From the IMG/VR virus record IMGVR_UViG_3300032303_001454, positions 1 to 27,802 of that record: DNA of 27,802 bases; one strand, given 5' to 3'. This stretch comes from a virus. Taxonomy: Duplodnaviria > Caudoviricetes. The notes under the pieces are model-generated. The model saw nothing but the letters and a program-made list of their open reading frames with translations. It ran no database searches and was not told where the DNA came from. Below, piece after piece: positions 1 through 8,184 of this stretch. The number at the start of each line of letters is the position of its first letter. Positions within the stretch are counted from its first letter, which is position 1. Both the position numbers and the translations under genes were made by a program.

Positions 1-45
1 CGGCGCGCCGCGCGGCTCGGGCTGCCGCTCGCGCCAACTAGGGGG

Positions 46-75
46 TTGACGGGCGTCCCACGTTGTGGGACGCTC
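46..75 (+). promoter_or_regulatory. Putative promoter (-35 TTGACG at 46-51) overlapped by an operator-like palindrome
   Basis: GGGGGTTGACG is followed by perfect 9-bp arms GCGTCCCAC-gtt-GTGGGACGC (53-73). The -10 element is poor. It lies upstream of a leader hairpin and the RBS of ORF 116. Confidence 0.5.
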
Positions 76-115
76 CACTTGACGGGGAGTTCCGTCAGAG
101 AGGAAGGGGAGAAAA

Positions 116-394
116 ATGAACGATCTATTTCAGGTGATCGGATTGTCGGCTGAGGACAACGCCGCGATTGAGAACGCACTAGCTGCAAAGCTTCAGGGCA
201 AGATCGCGTTTGAGGATGCGACTAGCGAGTTCCTGGCTTGCAGCTGCGGCAACAACGTCATGGACTCGGGGTTTGACCCCATCGCCGAGGACGGCTGCGA
301 GAACCAACATTTCATCTGCAACGGCTGCGGACGAAATGCACACGTTGACTTCACGATGAGGGTCGTGGACAACAACTGGTCGGTGATGGAATGA
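116..394 (+). CDS. Hypothetical protein with C-terminal Zn-ribbon
   Basis: Strong RBS (GAGGAAGGGGAG); CSCG...CNGC; ATGA coupling to the next gene. Confidence 0.75.
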   Translation: MNDLFQVIGLSAEDNAAIENALAAKLQGKIAFEDATSEFLACSCGNNVMDSGFDPIAEDGCENQHFICNGCGRNAHVDFTMRVVDNNWSVME

Positions 395-717
395 CGATCC
401 CAACACAAGACCACGGCGTCTTGCTGGCGACAGGCTGGGAGTTTGCGTTCAAGGGAACGGGCTCCCAGTTTGGCACTCACGGCATCCGTCGGGTTGCCGT
501 GTATGACCTCAGTCTGATCGTCGCCAGACTAGCTGGCGAGTCAACGAAGCTTTGCGGCTGCCAGGGATTTGGTGACTGTGAAAAGGATCACGTGAGCGAC
601 GCGATTGACTTTGCGGAGTTCAACATTCTCGGTGCGTATCTTGGGGACGGGATGCCAGTGTTCCTGACTCCGCGTAGCTGGGACGAGTGGCAAAAGGATA
701 TGGAGGAGCTGTCATGA
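391..717 (+). CDS. Hypothetical phage protein
   Basis: ATGA overlaps at both ends; 108 aa ORF. Confidence 0.75.
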   Translation: MTIPTQDHGVLLATGWEFAFKGTGSQFGTHGIRRVAVYDLSLIVARLAGESTKLCGCQGFGDCEKDHVSDAIDFAEFNILGAYLGDGMPVFLTPRSWDEWQKDMEELS

Positions 718-836
718 ATCTGACCTGGAAAGAGCAGCGCCTAGCTGCTGAAGCCTACCGACGCGACACAATCCGTATGCGGATTGTCGGGCTGCTGATT
801 GTGCTGACCTTTGTGTATCAGGTGGTGTCCGCATGA
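714..836 (+). CDS. Small membrane protein (40 aa, MNLTWKEQRLAAEAYRRDTIRMRIVGLLIVLTFVYQVVSA), not in the ORF track
   Basis: GGAGGAG RBS; ATGA overlaps on both sides; C-terminal hydrophobic stretch. Confidence 0.7.
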   Translation: MNLTWKEQRLAAEAYRRDTIRMRIVGLLIVLTFVYQVVSA

Positions 837-1702
837 AGCCGACGATTGGCAAAGACATTGACCCAAAGCGCGTTGGGCTGAGCAAGTCCACGATTGTCGC
901 CGCGTCGCTCTGCCAGCGCAAAGCTTGGTTTGGCGAAAAGATTCGGGACAAGGATGGTCGGCGCATTAGTGTGCCCATGCCAGAGCGCGTGCTATTTGGA
1001 GTCGCGCTAGATACTGCCGTTCAGCACGTGCTCTGGAACATCCGCGAGGGCGCCGAGTTCAGCGACCAGCTCGCCGACGACGCCATGATGGATGGACTAG
1101 CTGCGATGGAGGGGCGCCCAGGGTCCGAGGAGATGGACCCCGTAGCGATCCAAGAGGAGCTAGAGGAGTCCCTAACGCGGTTCAAGCTGGAGGTTCTGGA
1201 CCAGAACATCCTGCCGCCGATCACGCACGCAAGCTTCATGCTTCAGGGGATGGACGGCGAGTCGCTCCGATACGGGGACCTGATTGGCACCCCCGACATC
1301 CTGAGTCTGTCGCCGCACGCGGCGATCATTGACGTCAAGTCCAGTCCCCGACGAAAGTCGGATCGGGACCTGTGGTCGCCAGAAATGGCGCACTACGCGA
1401 CCATGTACCTGGAGCTGTTTGGCGAGCTGCCAGACATTGGCTACCTGACATGGGTTCGGAGTCAGTCCACGCGGGGCTGGCAGTTTATCGGCATGAAAGC
1501 GACGCCAGCTCACGTCACCCTGGCTCACGAGTACCGCACGGCAACCCGTACGGTTGTTGAGTCGCCGCGAGTCTACGGGCTGGGGTTCAACACCCAGTTC
1601 TGCGGGTCATGCGAGTGGAAGCTTGCACGTCCCGAGCTAGGGTTCGCGGGCTGTGAAGTTGGGCAAAGCTTGGCAACTGTGGAGGTACGCGCAAATGACT
1701 GA
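833..1702 (+). CDS. Cas4/RecB-like PD-(D/E)XK exonuclease
   Basis: GTPDIL...IIDVKS catalytic motif; N-terminal C (LCQRKAW) plus C-terminal CGSC...C Fe-S-type cysteines; adjacent to an annealase. Confidence 0.8.
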   Translation: MKPTIGKDIDPKRVGLSKSTIVAASLCQRKAWFGEKIRDKDGRRISVPMPERVLFGVALDTAVQHVLWNIREGAEFSDQLADDAMMDGLAAMEGRPGSEEMDPVAIQEELEESLTRFKLEVLDQNILPPITHASFMLQGMDGESLRYGDLIGTPDILSLSPHAAIIDVKSSPRRKSDRDLWSPEMAHYATMYLELFGELPDIGYLTWVRSQSTRGWQFIGMKATPAHVTLAHEYRTATRTVVESPRVYGLGFNTQFCGSCEWKLARPELGFAGCEVGQSLATVEVRAND

Positions 1703-2387
1703 TACGTTCCAGAAGCTCTCGGCACACTTCCCCGTCGGCGACGTCCGCAAGCGCCCAGGGCGCGGCGGCATTGAGCTGAGCTGGGTAGAAGCTCGCGTAG
1801 TCACTGATCGGCTCAACGAGGTCCTCGGGGCGGACGGCTGGAGCTTCCGCTGCGAGATTGTCAGCCAGGGTTCGCCCGCTGTCGTCAAAGGCAAGCTGGA
1901 GATTCACCGAGCTGACGGCATCTCGTCGGTCCGCGAGGACTTCGGCTACTCCACGGGGGGCTCAGGCGAGGACCTGAAGGAAGCCGTGTCAGACGCCATC
2001 AGGCGAGTCGCAAGCCTTGCGGGTGTCAGTTCATACCTGTACGCACACTCCCAGGGCGCAGAGGGCGGCAAAACCGCCCCTGCGTGGACTCCAGCCCCTG
2101 CGCCAGTCGTAGCTCCGCCAAGCGTGGGGCACGACACCTTGGTGCTAAAGGCGGCGCAGCTGTTCGCCGACGGCGAGTGCCCCGATCATCGCCAGCCGTG
2201 GAGTCGCAAGCCAGGCGGAGTTAGCAAGGCAACGGGTCGCGCGTACCAGCCGTTCTGGGCTTGCTCGGGTAAGTCAGGGGATCAGTGGTGCAAGCGCAAG
2301 CCGAGCATGGACTGGATCAAGAGCCAGGACGCGCCAGCTGGCGAGCCAGACCGTAACGAGGGCGACCTAGAGTCGCTGCCGTTTTAG
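1695..2387 (+). CDS. Rad52/22-family (Sak-like) ssDNA annealing protein with C-terminal Zn-finger
   Basis: ARVVTDRLNEVLGADGW and LKEAVSDAIRRVASLAGVSSYLY motifs; GGAGG RBS before ATG 1695; acidic LPF tail. Confidence 0.85.
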   Translation: MTDTFQKLSAHFPVGDVRKRPGRGGIELSWVEARVVTDRLNEVLGADGWSFRCEIVSQGSPAVVKGKLEIHRADGISSVREDFGYSTGGSGEDLKEAVSDAIRRVASLAGVSSYLYAHSQGAEGGKTAPAWTPAPAPVVAPPSVGHDTLVLKAAQLFADGECPDHRQPWSRKPGGVSKATGRAYQPFWACSGKSGDQWCKRKPSMDWIKSQDAPAGEPDRNEGDLESLPF

Positions 2388-2842
2388 TGGGAAGGGGGGG
2401 CAACGTGGGACTGTGGATCAAGTGGGACGTCAATGCCCACAAGGATGACAAGATCGCCAGCTTGACCGACATGGAGTTCCGTGCGTTCATTACGGCGATC
2501 AGTGAGGCAAAGCAAATCCGCAGCGGCGGCGTATTCAAGAGTCGGGAGCACCTGAAGGCGTGCATCGGTAGTCGCTATGGCAAGGCGATTGACGGACTCA
2601 TGACCAAGGGGCTACTGGGGGTGGATCAGCTCGGGGTCGTTGCAATACTGGGCTGGCATCGGTACCAGGTTGACCCGACATCAAGCCAACGTCAGGCGGC
2701 GTACACTGCTCGGCGACGCTCAGAATCGGATGGGTTGACGGTATCCAAACAGCCTAGAGAGAGAGGGAGAGGAGAGCAGAGAGAGAAAACCCCTATATCC
2801 CCTTTGGGACTAGGTGAGATTTTACGGAGGGCTCAGTCATGA
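2387..2842 (+). CDS. Putative replication initiator-like protein (N-terminal HTH)
   Basis: WIKWDVNAHKDDKIASL...AF N-terminus and W..YQ motif typical of phage Rep N-domains; AG-rich tract near the 3' end. Confidence 0.55.
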   Translation: MGRGGNVGLWIKWDVNAHKDDKIASLTDMEFRAFITAISEAKQIRSGGVFKSREHLKACIGSRYGKAIDGLMTKGLLGVDQLGVVAILGWHRYQVDPTSSQRQAAYTARRRSESDGLTVSKQPRERGRGEQREKTPISPLGLGEILRRAQS

Positions 2843-3099
2843 ATGAGGAGAACCAGAGCAAAGCAACGCAGCGCGAGAAGGTGTTGACACTGCTCAAGCT
2901 GCGGGCGGAGAATGGCATCTCGGCAATAGAGCTGGATCGGACGTACGGCATCTACCGCGCGTCGGCTCGGATTCTAGAGCTGCGAAAGCTTGGTTACGAC
3001 ATCACAACAATCAACGCGCACGGCAAGACTGCCGTCTACGTATTGAAACCGTTGACCGACTTGGGCGACGGCTACCAGCAGATGGGGGTGTTTGCGTGA
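2839..3099 (+). CDS. Winged HTH DNA-binding protein
   Basis: QREKVLTLL...GISAIE...YGIYRASARILELRKLGYDI pattern. Confidence 0.7.
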   Translation: MNEENQSKATQREKVLTLLKLRAENGISAIELDRTYGIYRASARILELRKLGYDITTINAHGKTAVYVLKPLTDLGDGYQQMGVFA

Positions 3100-3254
3100 G
3101 CGGCACGGTGAAAGTGATCACATCGGTCCGAGCTAAAACCAAGACCGAGCGCGAGATGGAGCGCATGGCACGCCATGACCGCCAGCGTTCAACGCTGAAG
3201 TGGCTTGCCGCCTGGTTTACGGTGGTGATCCTGCTCCTGGTTACGCAGCGATGA
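3096..3254 (+). CDS. Small membrane protein (52 aa, MSGTVKVITSVRAK...WLAAWFTVVILLLVTQR), not in the ORF track
   Basis: GTGA and ATGA overlaps fill the gap exactly; C-terminal TM helix. Confidence 0.65.
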   Translation: MSGTVKVITSVRAKTKTEREMERMARHDRQRSTLKWLAAWFTVVILLLVTQR

Positions 3255-3823
3255 CAACGCCAACGTGGGCGCTGGACTTGCCGCTACGGATCGCCCTAGC
3301 TGGGGAGATGGGCACGGGGAAGTCGGCTACAGCTGCGGTACTCCGCGACCTGGGCTATCAGCGACTGGCGTTTGCCGACATTCTGCGCGACGTGCTGAAG
3401 CCGATTTATGGCGAGGTTGACAAGTCGGAGCAGTATTTCATTCACCACGGCGACGGCACCGAGAACGGTCCGACCATCTCGGGGCGGGAGCTACTCCAGC
3501 AGATGGGCGCCGCCATGCGGACCGTGGACTCGGGGGTGTTTCTCCGAGCCATGAGCCGCAAGCTGCACGAGCTTGGCTTGACTCGGATTGTCATTGACGA
3601 CTGCCGATTCCCAGGCGAAGCTCGGATGCTGGCGGAGCGCAACTTTCGCGTCTACAAGCTTCAGTGCCCGAGCCCGATTCGGCGGGACCGAGTCGGTCGG
3701 GCGTGGACTGGCGAAGACGACATTACCGAGCTGGCGATCAGCCAGATAGAAGCGCCTACAATCAACACAGCGACGATTGACCCCGAGGGGGTCGTCAAGA
3801 TCATCGCGGAAAGGAATCGCTAA
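3251..3823 (+). CDS. Deoxynucleoside monophosphate kinase
   Basis: P-loop GEMGTGKS, AFADILRD, RELLQQMG and IVIDDCRFPGEA motifs of T4 gp1-like dNMP kinases. Confidence 0.85.
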   Translation: MTTPTWALDLPLRIALAGEMGTGKSATAAVLRDLGYQRLAFADILRDVLKPIYGEVDKSEQYFIHHGDGTENGPTISGRELLQQMGAAMRTVDSGVFLRAMSRKLHELGLTRIVIDDCRFPGEARMLAERNFRVYKLQCPSPIRRDRVGRAWTGEDDITELAISQIEAPTINTATIDPEGVVKIIAERNR

Positions 3824-4518
3824 TGGCTCCGACCAAGTTCATGTTGCGCCAGAACCGCGAGCTGCGGGAGATCGGCGCCTACAACTGGACCATTCCAGCC
3901 TTGGGGGTAAAGCTGGACGACGGGCGAGTCATTCGGACCTGCCCGCAAGCTGGAGTGTGCGCTCAGTTTTGCTACGCCAGGAACGGCACCTTCAAGTTCC
4001 CGACCGCTAAAAAGGCGCACGCGCGCAACCTGGTAATGGCGCTAGACAACCTAGACGGCTGGAAAGCCGACATGATCCAGGAGCTCCGACACAAGCGATA
4101 CCGAGGCGGCAAGTACGTACGCATCCATGACGCTGGCGACTTCTACAACGAGGAATATCTGCGAGCCTGGATGGAGATTGCCGAGTCTATCCCCGACGTA
4201 ACGTTCTACGCCTACACCAAAGAGGTGTCGTTGTTCAAGAGAGTGGCAGTCGGCAACGCCAGCGACAACTTCAAGTGGCTCTATAGCCTTGGGGGGCTGG
4301 AGGATCACCTGGTTGACCGCGAGCTGGACCGACACGCCGAGGTGTTCCCGACCACGGAAGCCCTGGAAGCTGCTGGCTACTACAACCAGGAGAAGTCGGA
4401 CCTTCTGGCGATTGAGGCTCCATCGCATAAGATTGGCATAGTCGCCAACAACATTCCGAGCTTCAAGAAAAAGCAAGGCGACCTGACGTTTGGTCAGCAC
4501 CAGCAGAGGAAAGGCTAA
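3823..4518 (+). CDS. Gp88-like protein (radical-SAM-like Cys cluster)
   Basis: TCPQAGVCAQFCYA, VRIHDAGDFY and FYAYTK motifs. Confidence 0.75.
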   Translation: MAPTKFMLRQNRELREIGAYNWTIPALGVKLDDGRVIRTCPQAGVCAQFCYARNGTFKFPTAKKAHARNLVMALDNLDGWKADMIQELRHKRYRGGKYVRIHDAGDFYNEEYLRAWMEIAESIPDVTFYAYTKEVSLFKRVAVGNASDNFKWLYSLGGLEDHLVDRELDRHAEVFPTTEALEAAGYYNQEKSDLLAIEAPSHKIGIVANNIPSFKKKQGDLTFGQHQQRKG

Positions 4519-4709
4519 TGGCTGGAGTCAAAGCAAAAAAGGATAACGGCGGGCAGAAGCTAACGACGCGCTGGAAGGGCGGCGCTTGCTTTATGTGCGC
4601 CCAGCCGATCAACGGGCTAAAGGATGCCTGGCGAGTGCGCCATATCACCTTCAACCCAACCCGTCGGACGAGAATGGTGTGGGAGCATCGCGCGTGCTTG
4701 ACGAGGTAA
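4518..4709 (+). CDS. Small basic Zn-binding protein
   Basis: CFMC...HRAC; TAATG coupling at both ends. Confidence 0.65.
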   Translation: MAGVKAKKDNGGQKLTTRWKGGACFMCAQPINGLKDAWRVRHITFNPTRRTRMVWEHRACLTR

Positions 4710-5059
4710 TGGACGAGCGGGCAGTCCGAGCCCGTCGCGGGAAAAACAACCGAGCTCGGGGCAACTCTATTGAACGATGGGTATGCCAGGCGCTCGGGAT
4801 CAAACGAGTCGGGATGTTCGGCGGCAAGGCAGATGGCGGCGCTCATGACGACTGGATCGCGGTCCAGGTCAAGTCGGGCAGGAGCTACCCAGAGCGCCTA
4901 GATGGTCTGGTCAACTCGGTCCCGTACCGAGCTGGTCAGCTGCGAGCCCTGGTCACGACCGACGCGCCTGGTCCTGGAGTCAAGCGCCGAGCTTTGGTGG
5001 TAATCCGCCTGGACGAGTTCCTGGACTGGTACGGCGACGTGTCGGAGGACCAGAGCTGA
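4709..5059 (+). CDS. Holliday junction resolvase-like PD-(D/E)XK nuclease
   Basis: RGNSIERWV...AD...AVQVKS and C-terminal LVVIRLDEF; TAATG start at 4709. Confidence 0.7.
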   Translation: MDERAVRARRGKNNRARGNSIERWVCQALGIKRVGMFGGKADGGAHDDWIAVQVKSGRSYPERLDGLVNSVPYRAGQLRALVTTDAPGPGVKRRALVVIRLDEFLDWYGDVSEDQS

Positions 5060-5493
5060 TCGCCCTGGTCCTGTCCCTAGCGCTGGCAGTCACTCCAGCC
5101 AACGCGGGGGCAGTCCGAGGAACGGCGACATGGTTTGACGCCACCCGCAACAACGCTTGGTATACCCGCGCCCCCTACAGCTTCCCCTGGTATATCGCCG
5201 CTGGTCCAGCCATGCGAGTCCAACACAAAAACGTGTACCACACTATCTACTGGGTGCAGATCAAAAACACAAAAACGGGCAAGTGGGCGATTGTGCCCGT
5301 CACCGACTGGTGCAGCTGCAATGGCTCCAAGCGCAAAGGCGACGAGCCTGTCGGCGACCTAAGTCCAGCGCTGTTCACATATCTATGTAACTGCAAACTT
5401 GGACGGGGCATTCAGACAGTTGAGGTCAAACTGGTTGACGTGGTAGCCTCGCCCGATGCGGGACACCAACCAACGTTTCAGAGAGGTCGTTGA
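5056..5493 (+). CDS. Secreted RlpA-like double-psi beta-barrel protein (CTG start)
   Basis: The frame of track ORF 5212 is open upstream to CTG 5056, which has a GGAGG RBS and a CTGA overlap. This gives a signal peptide (MIALVLSLALAVTPANA), then GTATWF, VPVTDWC, DLSPALF and GIQTVEV. Confidence 0.7.
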   Translation: MIALVLSLALAVTPANAGAVRGTATWFDATRNNAWYTRAPYSFPWYIAAGPAMRVQHKNVYHTIYWVQIKNTKTGKWAIVPVTDWCSCNGSKRKGDEPVGDLSPALFTYLCNCKLGRGIQTVEVKLVDVVASPDAGHQPTFQRGR

Positions 5494-5875
5494 CGAGCTG
5501 GCTCAAATACGGGGCTGGACCGTAGCCGCCGTTGTGCGCCTCGGAGTCAAACATGGGCTGGCGTCAGACTGGACCAGGGAGCGCTACTACCAGCGAGCTG
5601 CGGTGCAGCAGGGCGACGTTGCCAAGCTAGAGCTGCTGCGAGTCCACTTACTCAGCGATGCCGAGCTGGATGACTCCGACCCCAAGAGCTCGGCGCGCTA
5701 TTACCAGGAACGTATTCAAGAGCTCAGCTGGAATGTTGAGCTGGCGCGCGCAGCCGTGGCAAAGATGTGCATGGAGTGCGCCAACCCAGACGATGACGAG
5801 GAAGCCGAGTGCTGGAGCGGGGCGTGCCCGCTCCGACGACTCAGCCCGTTACCGCTCAGGCAGCCTCGCCCGTAG
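5456..5875 (+). CDS. Hypothetical protein, possible regulator with C-terminal Cys cluster
   Basis: 139 aa; CMEC...C....CPL. Confidence 0.6.
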   Translation: MRDTNQRFREVVDELAQIRGWTVAAVVRLGVKHGLASDWTRERYYQRAAVQQGDVAKLELLRVHLLSDAELDDSDPKSSARYYQERIQELSWNVELARAAVAKMCMECANPDDDEEAECWSGACPLRRLSPLPLRQPRP

Positions 5876-6470
5876 CGGCAGCGCGACGCTCGCGCTGCCA
5901 CTCTCGGAACTCGGCACCCTTGCGGATTCCCCGAGCAGCCTCACCCGCGATGCGAGTGTGGTACCCGTACTCGGCGCGCCTCTTGTCGGCGGCATCCTCA
6001 GCGTTGAGGTACCGACCGTAGAGTCCGAAGGCGACCTGGTGGAACTCAAGGTTGTGAACACAACCGCAAGCTCCGCCCCGAGCACAACCGCGCAAGCAAC
6101 GAGCTCGGACAATAATGTGCGCCATCTCGTGCAAGAGAGTGCCCATCCAGTCATCGCCCAGCACCCGCTGTCGGACGCCGTTGATGTAGCTGACGAACCG
6201 ACCAGCGCCGACAGTGATCCGATTTTGACCACGGTAGGCATGCCCGCCCCAGTTGCGGGTCATCTCAATGACAAGCCCGTTGATAGCTTGCCCGTGTTGA
6301 CCACGCAGCACGCGGCGGACGAGAACGGCAACCTCAGCTCGTTCAGCGGCGGTGAGTCCAACGATGTACGCGATCCGATTCCCATTGAGAGCCTCAACGC
6401 GATTGGCGATCTGCCCTCCCTGGATGCGGACTTCGTTCCGTCCGAGTCCCGCCCGATTTCTCCGTCCCAT
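5856..6470 (-). CDS. SprT-like Zn metallopeptidase
   Basis: TLLHEMAHI followed by HNLEF; has its own RBS and promoter; the only convincing minus-strand gene. Confidence 0.75.
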   Translation of the reverse strand: MGRRNRAGLGRNEVRIQGGQIANRVEALNGNRIAYIVGLTAAERAEVAVLVRRVLRGQHGQAINGLVIEMTRNWGGHAYRGQNRITVGAGRFVSYINGVRQRVLGDDWMGTLLHEMAHIIVRARCLRGCARGGACGCVHNLEFHQVAFGLYGRYLNAEDAADKRRAEYGYHTRIAGEAARGIRKGAEFREWQRERRAAATGEAA

Positions 6471-6522
6471 ATCCTCACCCCCTTTCTCAGAGCCACGGGT
6501 GTCACTCCCGCCCTGCAACACA

Positions 6523-6551
6523 ATCATAAGCGATAGCGTCTACAAAGTCAA
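6523..6551 (-). promoter_or_regulatory. Sigma70-like promoter TTGACT-17-TATGAT
   Basis: Near-consensus hexamers with 17-nt spacing upstream of the SprT-like gene. Confidence 0.7.
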
Positions 6552-6605
6552 ACCCCGCACGGATAGCTGGATTGTTACAGTCCCCTATTTCTGCCCATGC
6601 ACCCC

Positions 6606-6635
6606 TTGACAGCTCTACGCGCTAGGGCTTATGAT
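6606..6635 (+). promoter_or_regulatory. Sigma70-like promoter TTGACA-18-TATGAT
   Basis: Near consensus; followed by hairpin GTCGGG-gttt-CCCGAC and RBS GAGGAGG. Confidence 0.7.
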
Positions 6636-6677
6636 CATGTTGTCGGGGTTTCCCGACGGAGAAACGAGGAGGGGATC

Positions 6678-6890
6678 ATGAGGAATGAACGGGCGGATCA
6701 GGTGTTCCAGGCTTACCAAGCTTTGGTTCAGGTCCAGAATGACCTCTGGCAGCTAGACAACGCTGGACAGGTGCAGCAGAACGCCGAGCTTGCGGTCAAC
6801 GCGGCTGTGCGTCGGGTGTGGGCGCTGGTCCAGGAAGTCTGGGAGCAGGAAGGGCTGAACGGGCAGCAGTATGTGGAGGTGGTTGCATGA
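6678..6890 (+). CDS. Early hypothetical protein (70 aa, Q/V/A-rich)
   Basis: Strong RBS; first gene after the promoter; ATGA coupling. Confidence 0.75.
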   Translation: MRNERADQVFQAYQALVQVQNDLWQLDNAGQVQQNAELAVNAAVRRVWALVQEVWEQEGLNGQQYVEVVA

Positions 6891-7180
6891 ACGAGCTTCA
6901 AGCGCGCGAGCTGATCGCGCAAATCGGCAAGATGAACCTGTGGGCGATTTCTGGCGGTCGCGTCCAGATTGACAGCCAGGATGCAGTTGTTCTGAAGGTT
7001 GGCAACGGGTACGCCGTCCGCATCATCCTGGAAGGGGACGACACCTACACGGTGCAGCGACTCTGGCGAGCTAACGTCAAGGGAGAAGCGCGGAACGTCT
7101 ACGCCGAAGAGGTTGGCGAAGTTGCCTACGTCGCCAGCTGCTACGTCAACAGGGAGTTCAACCAGGCGGAGGTTGCATGA
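6887..7180 (+). CDS. Early hypothetical phage protein
   Basis: GGAGGT RBS; ATGA overlaps; DDTYTV motif. Confidence 0.75.
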   Translation: MNELQARELIAQIGKMNLWAISGGRVQIDSQDAVVLKVGNGYAVRIILEGDDTYTVQRLWRANVKGEARNVYAEEVGEVAYVASCYVNREFNQAEVA

Positions 7181-7542
7181 CCTGGGGCAAGCTGACCGAG
7201 AGCCAGCGCAAGTGGGTTGCCGAGCGCCAAGCTGCGATTGCAGCTCAGCGCAAGGCGACCTACGGGACGCCCGATTGCATGAACTGCGAGGACGCCGAAC
7301 GAGCTGGCGGTGCATGGTGGCTCAACGAGGCGTTCTACTGCGACTGCTCAAACGGTCAAGCGCTCAAAGTTCGCCATGCCAAAGCACGCGAGGAGCTCGC
7401 GGCGGAAAACGCAGCGGCGGCAGCTCGCGCAGCTCGGACCTGCTCGCGCTGCGGCGGCTCTGGTCGCTACGGTCAATGGGGCGAGTGCTACCGATGCAAC
7501 GGCAGTGGAGTTGATCCAAAAGCGAGAAAGGGGGTGAAGTAA
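7177..7542 (+). CDS. Cys-rich protein with DnaJ-type Zn-finger repeats
   Basis: CSRCGGSG...CYRCNGSG, plus CMNC/CDC. Confidence 0.75.
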   Translation: MTWGKLTESQRKWVAERQAAIAAQRKATYGTPDCMNCEDAERAGGAWWLNEAFYCDCSNGQALKVRHAKAREELAAENAAAAARAARTCSRCGGSGRYGQWGECYRCNGSGVDPKARKGVK

Positions 7543-7685
7543 TGAACGAAGCGCCAAAGTGCCCAAACAACGCACGGCATGGCGAGCTTGTCCCGCATGA
7601 GCGGGGCGGGCTGGTCTGCCAAAAGTGCGAAGCCGCGCACACAGCTCGGTCCAGGGTTCCATACCGATTTGGTAACCCGCGCTAG
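7542..7685 (+). CDS. Small Zn-finger protein (47 aa, MNEAPKCPNNARHG...CQKC), not in the ORF track
   Basis: TAATG coupling; C..H..CxxC. Confidence 0.55.
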   Translation: MNEAPKCPNNARHGELVPHERGGLVCQKCEAAHTARSRVPYRFGNPR

Positions 7686-7687
7686 GG

Positions 7688-7717
7688 TTGACAGCCCCAG
7701 CGCCTAGACGATAGAGT
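7688..7717 (+). promoter_or_regulatory. Sigma70-like promoter TTGACA-18-TAGAGT
   Basis: Intergenic; followed by hairpin CTCCAGC...GCTGGAG and RBS GAGGAGG. Confidence 0.6.
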
Positions 7718-7758
7718 CGCTCCAGCTGGCACGAGCTGGCTGGAGCAGAGGAGGGAAC

Positions 7759-7992
7759 ATGACAGAGGACTCGTACAAGGCAATCCTGGTCTGCCCAGGA
7801 TGCACAGCTGAGTTTCCCGAGCATCTTGGGGCACTTAGCAGATACGACAACCGCACCGACATTTGTTCGGATTGCGGCAGCATGGAAGGCATCGCCCAGT
7901 TTTATGCGATGCAAGCTGGGCGGGACGCCCGCACGGTATTGAAGGCGCCAGGCAAGCTGGCAGAGGGGACGGCTACATGGACAAGCAAGTAG
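7759..7992 (+). CDS. Small Zn-binding phage protein
   Basis: CPGC...GALSRYDNRTDICSDCG. Confidence 0.75.
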   Translation: MTEDSYKAILVCPGCTAEFPEHLGALSRYDNRTDICSDCGSMEGIAQFYAMQAGRDARTVLKAPGKLAEGTATWTSK

Positions 7993-8177
7993 GTTGGGAG
8001 GAGCTGCTCGGATTGCGTGCAGCTGCGGAAAAGCTCGGATTGTCGCCAACGACGCTCCGAATCCAGGCGGCGAAGGGCGTATTGCAAGCCTACAAAATCG
8101 GTCGGGATTGGGTGGTGTACCCTAGCGAGGTAGAACGATATGCTGCGAATCACAAACGCCACTCAGCCAAAAAGTGA
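7977..8177 (+). CDS. Excisionase/MerR-like HTH protein
   Basis: LRAAAEKLGLSPTTLR...GVLQAYKIGRDWVV. Confidence 0.8.
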   Translation: MDKQVGWEELLGLRAAAEKLGLSPTTLRIQAAKGVLQAYKIGRDWVVYPSEVERYAANHKRHSAKK

Positions 8178-8184
8178 GGATTCC

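Noticed and set aside
833-1702. Cas4 as part of a CRISPR system
   Set aside because: It is a solo Cas4-like exonuclease next to an annealase, which is a standard phage recombination pair.
5658-6536. 292 aa plus-strand ORF
   Set aside because: Antisense shadow of the SprT-like gene, which has the promoter, RBS and HExxH motif.
7977-8177. Excisionase as evidence of a prophage
   Set aside because: No integrase, att site or host genes are in the window, so lifestyle cannot be called.
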